Source of the DNA: an archaeon
Lineage (GTDB): Archaea > B1Sed10-29 > JAJSAI01
NCBI GenBank assembly: GCA_024274695.1
Contig: JAJSAI010000018.1
Location: 1 to 23,452, forward strand
Direction: 5' to 3'
DNA length: 23,452 nt
Part shown: positions 9,790 through 17,240 of the stretch, one piece after another
How positions within the stretch are numbered: position 1 is the stretch's first letter
How the letters are laid out: each line of letters begins with the position of its first letter
The notes under the pieces: generated by a model
Told to the model about the DNA's origin: nothing
The model's input: only the letters and a program-made list of their open reading frames with translations
Database searches by the model: none
Program-made: the position numbers and the translations under genes

Positions 9790-9901
9790 ACTTCAACTCT
9801 TTACTATATTTCAAATATCATTTACTATTTGAATGTATAACTGAAAAGTTATAATTAAATATAGCTTAAATGTACAATCAATAGCATCCCGAGGTTAAAT
9901 A
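9790..9901. promoter_or_regulatory. Divergent AT-rich promoter region of the two island operons
   Basis: 112-bp very AT-rich gap between head-to-head genes, with TATA-like tracts (e.g. TTATAATTAAATATA) and a GAGGT SD before ATG 9902. Confidence 0.55.
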
Positions 9902-11314
9902 ATGGAAAAAGAGTTTGACATTGTTTTTATTGACCCACCAAAAGTGATACTGGGTCTTCCGGAAGAAGGCAGGTCTGGGTCGTTTTTTACTTCAGAAACA
10001 GTAAAGATAAATGCAATAAACATAGGGGTTCTTAGCTTGTTTTCTTATCTTTCTTCGAAAGGTTTTAGTTGTAAGATACTGAATTTTTCAGAAGACTCTG
10101 ATTTTTCTAACGCCAAGCGTGAAATAGAAAAAATACGAGCATCCTACTTTGGGATCGGATCTCAAAGTGGTTTCGATTACCTTGAAACCCTAGAGTTGGC
10201 CCGTTTAATCAAAGAAAGTAATCAGGACAGTAAAGTGGTTATTGGAGGGCAGCATGCCGGACCCTTGGAGGAGATACCTCTGAAAGAGTCTAGAGATATT
10301 GACATCGTAGTAAAATTTGAAGGAGAGTACGTTTTAGAGGATATTCTTAAAGGAAAACTTCTTAGAGAGATTCCTGGAATTGTTTATAGAAAAGGAAATA
10401 AAATCGTGAATAATAACGGAAGATATGATCCAGTCAACATAAATGAACTTCCGTTTCTTGAATATGAAGGTTACCCAAATTATAAAAAGTACACGCCTGT
10501 CGTTGAAGAAAGTAGGGGTTGTCCCTACGGTTGTAAATATTGTACAAGCAACTGGGTGAATAAAAGACAGGTTTCAATAAAAAAACCAGAGAGATTTCTT
10601 GAAGAGATGGAATATTGCATTAGCATCTATGGTACAAAAGTAAGCTACGCGGTAAATGCGTGTACGTATGGTATGAACCCTGATTATGGAAAAAAGATTG
10701 CGATTGGTATGAAAAAATTTAATGTGAAATGGTCCTCAGAGTTTAGAGTAGATTCTCCTTGGGAAGTATATATTGATGAACTTTTGGACTCTAATTATGA
10801 AGTAGTCAATGTGGGGATGGAATCTGCGAGTCCAGAGGTTTTAATAAATATGGGGAAAACTAGAGACCCTGCGTATTACATTGGTAAAACTAAAAAACTT
10901 ATACAAAGAGTTATCAAAAGTGATGCTGTTCTCAGAGTAAATTTTATGTTTTATGCAGGGGAAACACTTAAGACAGTAAAGGAAACTCTTTCATTTTTAA
11001 TGTCTAATCCTGAAATAGATGCCATACTCTATTCTCCAGTAATAGTACTCCGTAACACTCCCCTCATGGAAAATTTTGACTTTTTTAAAAGAAAATATGG
11101 TGCTCGATATGCTAAAATAGAAAGTTGGACATCTAGACATCTTTATCCGATTCATCCCTCCAGATACTTTACTTTTGAAGAATCAATGATTCTCTCATCT
11201 CTATTCGAAAGGATTTTTAGTGACCCAGAATCATGGTGTACTGCTCAAAAATATGAAATTCACCAAACCGAAGAGGATATTCTAGCATTAAAAAGGGTAC
11301 ATTTTAATGAATAA
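9902..11314 (+). CDS. Cobalamin-binding-domain radical SAM protein
   Basis: N-terminal B12-domain motifs (IGVLSLFSYL, VVIGGQHA, VVKFEGE); SRGCPYGCKYC CxxxCxxC; VGMESAS; AGET. Confidence 0.92.
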   Translation: MEKEFDIVFIDPPKVILGLPEEGRSGSFFTSETVKINAINIGVLSLFSYLSSKGFSCKILNFSEDSDFSNAKREIEKIRASYFGIGSQSGFDYLETLELARLIKESNQDSKVVIGGQHAGPLEEIPLKESRDIDIVVKFEGEYVLEDILKGKLLREIPGIVYRKGNKIVNNNGRYDPVNINELPFLEYEGYPNYKKYTPVVEESRGCPYGCKYCTSNWVNKRQVSIKKPERFLEEMEYCISIYGTKVSYAVNACTYGMNPDYGKKIAIGMKKFNVKWSSEFRVDSPWEVYIDELLDSNYEVVNVGMESASPEVLINMGKTRDPAYYIGKTKKLIQRVIKSDAVLRVNFMFYAGETLKTVKETLSFLMSNPEIDAILYSPVIVLRNTPLMENFDFFKRKYGARYAKIESWTSRHLYPIHPSRYFTFEESMILSSLFERIFSDPESWCTAQKYEIHQTEEDILALKRVHFNE

Positions 11315-12053
11315 ACCCAACACCACAGTATACAAAGAAATTCACCAGAAGGATTTTGTCGAGAGAGAAATGCAGCCCTCTTCATTCATTAGAATAGATG
11401 ATGTTGGAATAAGTAATGATCGTCTTTCTGATCTCTTAGAAGTTATAGAAAAAAATTCTGCAAAAGCAATTTTAGGGATAATCCCCACAAGAGTAAATGA
11501 AGAGTTGCGTGATCTCCTTTCTACGTTTAAATGCATAGAAATCGCACAACATGGTTATACTCACAGTCAACTTCTACCGCCGGGAGAGGAAAAAGGAGAA
11601 TTCTCCGAAACTCTCCCAATTCACGAGAATGAGCGGAGACTAGACAAAGGCTGGGAAATAATCTGCAGAAACTTTAAACCTAAACACAAAACATTTATTC
11701 CTCCATGGCACACTCTCCCACCAATAAAATCTCTTTTACAAAAAAACTATGAGTTGTTTTCATCTTACGGAAATAAATTCAAAGTATATTCTAATGGGAG
11801 CAGGTACATCCTTTCTGCTCCTGTAAACTTAGACCCTGTAAAGGACTATGCTTTAAAAAAGTTTTATCCTACAAAGGCTATTTGTTCATCGATTGATGAA
11901 GTTGTTGCTCGCTATGGGTATGTTGGTTTCCTATTACATCCTAATTACCTGCCCGAAAACAATCTTAATGAGATAGATCAAATAATTCAATATATAATCT
12001 CGAAATATCCCGTTTCATTTTTCTCTGAAATCTTAAAGGAGGGGAAGCAGTGA
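11307..12053 (+). CDS. Polysaccharide deacetylase, CE4/NodB fold (DUF2334-like)
   Basis: IRIDD, QHGYTH, FIPPWH and GFLLHP motifs; 8-bp overlap with the radical SAM gene. Confidence 0.85.
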   Translation: MNKPNTTVYKEIHQKDFVEREMQPSSFIRIDDVGISNDRLSDLLEVIEKNSAKAILGIIPTRVNEELRDLLSTFKCIEIAQHGYTHSQLLPPGEEKGEFSETLPIHENERRLDKGWEIICRNFKPKHKTFIPPWHTLPPIKSLLQKNYELFSSYGNKFKVYSNGSRYILSAPVNLDPVKDYALKKFYPTKAICSSIDEVVARYGYVGFLLHPNYLPENNLNEIDQIIQYIISKYPVSFFSEILKEGKQ

Positions 12054-12898
12054 AGCCAGATATCTCTGTTATTATTAAAAACTATAACCATGAAAAGGAG
12101 CTAGCTGCATTACTAGCCTGCTTAGAAAACCAGACTAAAAGATCATTTGAGATCATCATCGGCGACGATGGATCTTCAGATAACAGTAAAAAAGTTGCTC
12201 TACAGCACATGAAACAATCCAACTTATCCTACACTCTTTTCTGTCAAGAGGATAAAGGCTTTAGGCTCAGCACTCTCATAAATAACTGCATTTCTTTCAG
12301 TTCTGCTGATAAATTGATTCTTCTTGATGCAGATATGCTCGTCGGACGCACATTTGTTGAAGAATACTTAAATCAATTCAAAAGAAATAAAAAAAGTATT
12401 CTTTGTGGAAAGATACTGTATATAAAAACAGAATTTGTTGAAAAAATACTAAAAGATCCTTTAAAATATATTGACAAGTTGAGTCCCTTCCTTTTTAATA
12501 AGGAAGATTCGAGGATAATCAGATTCAACAACGTTGCTCCTTATAAAAAAGTGTGGGGAGGGAATGTTGGTCTTTATAAAAAAGCAGTAATGGGAATAGG
12601 TGGGTTTGATGAAGAATTCACAGAGTGGGGTGGAGAGGACACCGATCTGGGGTTTAGATTAATGCGACTAGGGTATTCAATAAAACTTCTGGACGATTGT
12701 ACTTCATATCATTTAGGGGCAGATTTTCCCCCATTAAAAGAGACATTAAACAGAGGGGGAGTTAAACTTTTTGAAAAAAAGTTACAGTCTAATGAAGGAA
12801 TTGTGCGGAATGAAAATCCTCCGGAATACGACGAGATATTAAGGGTATACACTAATAGAAGAGACAAGATAAAATGGTGGCGTTCCTCTTTGATTTAG
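12050..12898 (+). CDS. Glycosyltransferase family 2 with galactosyltransferase-like C-terminal region
   Basis: ISVII, GDDGSSD, LLDADM (DxD), GGFDEEFTEWGGEDTDLGFRL; GTGA overlap with the deacetylase gene. Confidence 0.92.
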   Translation: MKPDISVIIKNYNHEKELAALLACLENQTKRSFEIIIGDDGSSDNSKKVALQHMKQSNLSYTLFCQEDKGFRLSTLINNCISFSSADKLILLDADMLVGRTFVEEYLNQFKRNKKSILCGKILYIKTEFVEKILKDPLKYIDKLSPFLFNKEDSRIIRFNNVAPYKKVWGGNVGLYKKAVMGIGGFDEEFTEWGGEDTDLGFRLMRLGYSIKLLDDCTSYHLGADFPPLKETLNRGGVKLFEKKLQSNEGIVRNENPPEYDEILRVYTNRRDKIKWWRSSLI

Positions 12899-13497
12899 AA
12901 GGTACCTTAGTTTTTGCACGCCATGTACACATTTCTGCTACAATGTACTCTCTTTCAAAAAAGAAACTCTCCTTTAAAGGATTCAAGTCATATCCAGGCG
13001 TAGATTACCCCACTCTAATTAAAAAAAACTATCCTCAACTACAAGATGAAGACCTTGAAGAAATAATAGCCAACGAAATAGAATATTTTGTTAAGAATGT
13101 TTCCAAAGTTATCCTTTTTAAGGACACTATTCCCACATTAAAAGAGATATATAAAAAAATTCCAATCGGTTTGGTGACAAATGAATACGAACAAGAGGTA
13201 AATGCGATATTAACTAATTTTAAATTATCAAAATTTTTCAAAAAAGTTTATTACTACAAAAAAGGGTCTCCAAAGAATTTCCAAACTCTAAGTGATTTTT
13301 CAAAGCGTGTTTCTTGTCCTATCCCAAAAATATGCGTAGTAGGGGACACCAATAGCGATGTTCTTTTTGCAAAAAAATATGGTTTGGAATGTTATGTAGT
13401 GGAAAGGTTTAAAGGAAATAAGATTGTAGAGTATGAAAGAATACACTTTATAAAAACTCTGCTGGATTTAATCGATATTTCATCCTCTGGACTTTGA
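12874..13497 (+). CDS. HAD-superfamily hydrolase (Gph-like phosphatase)
   Basis: FDLEGTL (motif I, DxE variant), LVTN, SPK, VGDTNSD; 25-bp overlap with GT2. Confidence 0.85.
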   Translation: MVAFLFDLEGTLVFARHVHISATMYSLSKKKLSFKGFKSYPGVDYPTLIKKNYPQLQDEDLEEIIANEIEYFVKNVSKVILFKDTIPTLKEIYKKIPIGLVTNEYEQEVNAILTNFKLSKFFKKVYYYKKGSPKNFQTLSDFSKRVSCPIPKICVVGDTNSDVLFAKKYGLECYVVERFKGNKIVEYERIHFIKTLLDLIDISSSGL

Positions 13498-13508
13498 AGG
13501 TGGTATTA

Positions 13509-16388
13509 ATGTTTGACCACAAGACCCTGGCTGAAAAGCACCTGAAAAGATGGGAGGAGATAAACCTTCTTGACAAGAGGTGGGAGAAGAACGCTAAAGG
13601 CAAAAAGTTCTGGTACCTGGACGGCCCGCCTTACGCTAATGCACCCCCTCACATGGGACACGCGCTCACCAGAGCACTCAGGGAAGCAATAATCAAGTAC
13701 CATCTCCTGAAGGGGGATAGGGTAAGGCTCAAGCCAGGGTTTGACACTCACGGTCTTCCTGTGGAGGTTGAGGTCCAGAAAAAACTTGGCCTGACCACGA
13801 GCAAGGAAATAGAAGAGATAGGAGTTGAAAAATTCAACGAGGAATGCAGGAGGAACGCTACCGAACAGCTCTCCATATGGAAGGAGTTCTACAGGGATTA
13901 CGGGTCCAGCAGCATGTGGGACCTTGACAACCCTTACTTCACGTTCAACCCCGACTACGTTTACGCGACCTGGCGGTTCATCAAAAAGGCGCACGAAAAA
14001 GGACTGCTGTACAAGGGCAAGAAGACAGTGCCCTGGTGCCCGAAGTGCTCCACCGCACTTGCGGCTCACGAGGTCACGGAAGGGTACAAGGAAATAGAAG
14101 ACACGTCAGTGTACCTGAGGTTCAAGCTGAAAGGACGGGAGAAAGAATACCTTCTGGTGTGGACCACTACTCCCTGGACCCTGCCGGGGGATGTTGCCGT
14201 TGCAGTGCACCCCGAGTTCACGTACGCGAAGGTGAAGATCGGGGAAGACTACTACTGGATGCTTAAAGACCTTGTTGAGACCCTCACCCAAAAGCTTGGC
14301 GCGGAGAACTATGAAATAGTAGAAGAAAAGCAAGGGAAGGAAATGGAAGGCTGGGAGTACGAGCCGTTCATGTTGCCTGAAGTGCCCCTGCAAGAAGAGA
14401 TCCCGTTCAAGATAATACTCGCGGACTATGTGACCACCGAAGAGGGGACTGGCCTTGTGCACACCGCGCCGGGGTACGGTCCAGAAGACTACGAGTCCGG
14501 CCTGAAGTACGGGCTGCCTGTAGTGTGTACGGTGGACGAGAACGGGATAATGACTCAGGACGCTGGAAAATATGCAGGCATGCCTGTCTTCGAGGCTAAC
14601 AAGAGAATAGCAGAAGACCTGAAGGCCAAGGGAGTGATACTGAAAGAAGAAAAGATAGTGCACAGGTACCCTCACTGCTGGAGGTGCAAGAGCAAGCTGA
14701 TATACAGGGCTTCAGAACAATGGTTCTTCAAAGTGGGACCGCTCATAGACAAAATGCTTGAAGAGAACGAGAAAATAAAGTGGGTCCCGGACTGGGTTGG
14801 GAACAAGAGGTTCAAAGAATGGATAATGAACGCGCGGGACTGGTGCATAAGCAGGCAGAGGTACTGGGGGATCCCCCTGCCCATATGGCAGTGCAAGAAC
14901 GGGCACATTAAGGTCATCGGGTCAAAGAAAGAGTTCCTAGAGCAAGCGAGAGTGCCTGAAGACTTTGACCCTCACAAGCCATACATTGACGAGGTCAAAC
15001 TGAAGTGCGACGAGTGCGGAGAGGAAATGACGAGAGTGCCTGACGTGGCAGACGTTTGGTTTGATTCAGGAGCAGCCCCTTGGGCAAGCTTTTTCGGGGA
15101 CGACGAGGAGTTTGCCAAGTGGTTCCCCGCAGACTTCATACAAGAAGGCCTTGACCAGACCAGGGGCTGGTTCTACACCCTTCTCGTGGAAAGCACCCTC
15201 CTCTACGACCAAACCCCCTTCCTGTCCTGCCTGGTGAACGGACTGGTCCTGGACGAGAAGGGAGAAAAAATGAGCAAGAGCAAAGGGAACGTGACAGACC
15301 CCAGGGACCTCGTGAAAGAGCACGGCGCGGACGTTGTCAGACTATACCTCCTTATCAACAACGCGCCCTGGGAGAACTTCTGTTTTGACAAGGAGAACAT
15401 GAAAAAAGTTGCAGGGGACGTGCTGAACACGTACTGGAACACGTTCCTGTTCGCGAAGAAGTACTTCCAACTGCACGATTACAACGGGGAAAAGCCAATG
15501 CAGTTCGAGCCAGAAGACAGGTGGATCCTGTCACGGGCCAACAGAATGCTGCAGGTCATGGAGAGAGCGTACGATGAAGAGCTTAACACGAACAAGGCCG
15601 CCAGGGCGTGGGTTGATTTTGTGGTCAACGACCTGAGCAAGACGTACATCAAGCTCGTCAGGAACAGGATAAAAGAAGGCAAGAACCGGGAGGCTGTTTA
15701 CTACTGCCTGAAAGAAGCCATAGAGAAGGCAAGCATTGCAGGCTGCACCATAGCTCCCTTCATAACAGAGGAGGTGTACCTCGGCATTTCAGGAAAAGAG
15801 GAGAGCGTTCACCTGGAGGACTGGCCTGAAGCGGACGAGGAACTTATCGACGAAAAGCTTGAGCAGAGGATGGAAAAAGCGAAGCAGATAATAGAGGCAG
15901 GCTTGAGCCTGCGGAACGAGGTGAAAATAAAGGTAAGACAGCCCCTGCCAAAGGTCAGCGTGGAAACAGAAGACCCTGTTGTCATGGATGCTGTTAAGGA
16001 ACTAGGGCACCTGATAAAAGACCAGCTTAACGTGAAGAAGGTCCTGCTGGAGCCAGTCCAGGAGGATCTTGTCAGCAGAGAAGAGCAGTCCTTCAAGATC
16101 GGGCTGGACACAACCATAACGGATGAGCTCAGGAGAGAAGGGTACACGAGAGAGGTCATAAGAGCAATACAACAGGCCAGGAAAGAGCTGGGCCTGGTGG
16201 AAGCAGACAAGGTGATAGTCCAGATAATAGGCGGGGACCAGCTGAGGTCAGATCTTCTCGTGCAGGAAATAAAAGACGCGACAAACACTGTAGAGCTTGA
16301 TATCTCACAGGAGAAGACAGTAGAAGGAAAGGAAAAGAAGGCAAGGCTAGGGGAAGAAAAGGTAACAGTGATAGTCAAGAAAGCTTGA
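13509..16388 (+). CDS. ileS: Isoleucine--tRNA ligase, archaeal/eukaryotic type
   Basis: DGPPYAN, HMGH, WTTTPWTLP, GTGLVHTAP, DWCISRQRYWG, EGLDQTRGWF, KMSKSKGN. Start at ATG 13509 after an AGGTGG SD (13498-13503). Confidence 0.97.
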   Translation: MFDHKTLAEKHLKRWEEINLLDKRWEKNAKGKKFWYLDGPPYANAPPHMGHALTRALREAIIKYHLLKGDRVRLKPGFDTHGLPVEVEVQKKLGLTTSKEIEEIGVEKFNEECRRNATEQLSIWKEFYRDYGSSSMWDLDNPYFTFNPDYVYATWRFIKKAHEKGLLYKGKKTVPWCPKCSTALAAHEVTEGYKEIEDTSVYLRFKLKGREKEYLLVWTTTPWTLPGDVAVAVHPEFTYAKVKIGEDYYWMLKDLVETLTQKLGAENYEIVEEKQGKEMEGWEYEPFMLPEVPLQEEIPFKIILADYVTTEEGTGLVHTAPGYGPEDYESGLKYGLPVVCTVDENGIMTQDAGKYAGMPVFEANKRIAEDLKAKGVILKEEKIVHRYPHCWRCKSKLIYRASEQWFFKVGPLIDKMLEENEKIKWVPDWVGNKRFKEWIMNARDWCISRQRYWGIPLPIWQCKNGHIKVIGSKKEFLEQARVPEDFDPHKPYIDEVKLKCDECGEEMTRVPDVADVWFDSGAAPWASFFGDDEEFAKWFPADFIQEGLDQTRGWFYTLLVESTLLYDQTPFLSCLVNGLVLDEKGEKMSKSKGNVTDPRDLVKEHGADVVRLYLLINNAPWENFCFDKENMKKVAGDVLNTYWNTFLFAKKYFQLHDYNGEKPMQFEPEDRWILSRANRMLQVMERAYDEELNTNKAARAWVDFVVNDLSKTYIKLVRNRIKEGKNREAVYYCLKEAIEKASIAGCTIAPFITEEVYLGISGKEESVHLEDWPEADEELIDEKLEQRMEKAKQIIEAGLSLRNEVKIKVRQPLPKVSVETEDPVVMDAVKELGHLIKDQLNVKKVLLEPVQEDLVSREEQSFKIGLDTTITDELRREGYTREVIRAIQQARKELGLVEADKVIVQIIGGDQLRSDLLVQEIKDATNTVELDISQEKTVEGKEKKARLGEEKVTVIVKKA

Positions 16389-16419
16389 AAGGGAAAAACA
16401 AAAAAAAGGGAGAGAAAAA
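16389..16419 (-). terminator. Oligo-U / pyrimidine-tract terminator on the minus strand
   Basis: Minus strand reads CTTTTTCTCTCCCTTTTTTTTGTTTTTCCCTTT; similar tracts follow the minus-strand genes ending at 2169 and 4882. Confidence 0.45.
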
Positions 16420-16492
16420 GGCTTCAAGCCACGGTGTGCAGGAAGAGGCTCACCCAACCTAAACGGCCGTTATAATAAAGTGCACAAAATAG

Positions 16493-16759
16493 TATATAAA
16501 GTTAACGGGAAAACAGCTTTTTACACGACAAAAAACCGTGTTCAAAATATTACTGCCGTAAAAAATACGCTAAATCAATTTTTCCTTTGGTTTTATTCCA
16601 GGAAGATCATGTTTTGCGCGCGTTTCTCCGGAAAAAATTCAAATTTAGCCCGTTTCTCCAGGAAGAACGGCCAAAACATGGTTGGAAAAACAGCGGTATT
16701 TACGAGTTAAAAGCACTGTTTTCCGGAAGACTTCCGAAAACAACCCTAACTTTTATATA
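16493..16759. repeat. Nested imperfect inverted repeat (foldback) with TCC(A)GGAA boxes
   Basis: Paired arms: 16493-16504/16747-16759, 16508-16527/16703-16724, 16557-16571/16692-16704 and 16608-16616/16672-16680 (perfect 9 bp). Direct repeat CGTTTCTCC at 16621 and 16651. Confidence 0.6.
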
Positions 16760-16781
16760 TTTTTACGTGAGAAAAAGGATC

Positions 16782-17240
16782 ATGGCGTACGAGCTGGACG
16801 AGCTGGACAAACAGATTCTCAACCTACTGCAGGAGAACGCCAGGATGAAAAATTCTGAGATCGCGCAGAGGCTCGGAAAGCCCACGAGCACCATTTACGA
16901 GAGAATAAAGAAACTGGAAAAAGAAGGGATAATAAAAGGATACAAGGCAGTCATTGACTACGAAAAAGTAGGATACAAGATCGTTGGGTTCATCCTCGGG
17001 GAGCCTAAGTACACTGAAGATCTTGATTGGGTGGAGGTTGGCAAAAAACTTGCCAGAATCCCGGGAGTACAGGAGGTATACTTCCTGACAGGACAGGATG
17101 ACTATCTCCTCAAGCTCAGGGCCAGGGACTCTGATGACTACTCCAGGATCACGCAGGAAGCAGCAAAGATACTTTCAAAAAACGCTAGGGGAATGCTGTG
17201 CCCTAAGGTCCTGCTTGAAGAGAGCAGGATAGAACTGTGA
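16782..17240 (+). CDS. Lrp/AsnC family transcriptional regulator
   Basis: LDELDKQILNLLQENAR...IAQRLG..STIYERIKKLEKEGII HTH plus RAM domain (EVYFLTGQDDYLLK). Start at ATG 16782, TATA at 16751-16759. Confidence 0.95.
   Translation: MAYELDELDKQILNLLQENARMKNSEIAQRLGKPTSTIYERIKKLEKEGIIKGYKAVIDYEKVGYKIVGFILGEPKYTEDLDWVEVGKKLARIPGVQEVYFLTGQDDYLLKLRARDSDDYSRITQEAAKILSKNARGMLCPKVLLEESRIEL

Larger units (their letters stand above)
5399..13497. mobile_element. AT-rich genomic island (probable horizontal acquisition; no mobility genes)
   Basis: Sharp drop in GC and shift to A/T-ending codons relative to both flanks (spot counts: 16/60 G+C on the 8821 line versus 34/60 on the 14041 line). Boundaries approximate; no integrase or att repeats found. 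Confidence 0.7.

Noticed and set aside
5399-13497. Prophage, integrative element or restriction-modification system
   Set aside because: No integrase, transposase, virion gene, restriction nuclease, tRNA target or convincing flanking direct repeat (only a weak CTGTGAAAG versus CTTTGAAGG similarity).
5399-13497. DNA hypermodification (glycosylation) defence system as the main reading
   Set aside because: The MTase is not co-oriented or coupled with the sugar enzymes, and no base hydroxylase, thymidylate synthase homologue or nuclease is present. Not excluded, but unsupported.
8494-13497. Ordinary S-layer N-glycosylation cluster
   Set aside because: No aglB, flippase, NDP-sugar epimerase or membrane-anchored GT in the island, and it would not explain the coupled valS. 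It remains a possible fallback.
16420-16500. tRNA or C/D box sRNA after ileS
   Set aside because: No cloverleaf or T-loop GTTC motif, and no RTGATGA/CTGA boxes on either strand.
16590-16740. CRISPR mini-array
   Set aside because: Repeats are only about 9-15 bp, degenerate, with about 30-bp period; too short for repeat-spacer units.
16480-16781. ORF 16480-16710 and the 65-aa N-terminal extension of the Lrp ORF from 16587
   Set aside because: Translations reflect A/T tracts and repeats; Lrp homology and TATA spacing support ATG 16782.
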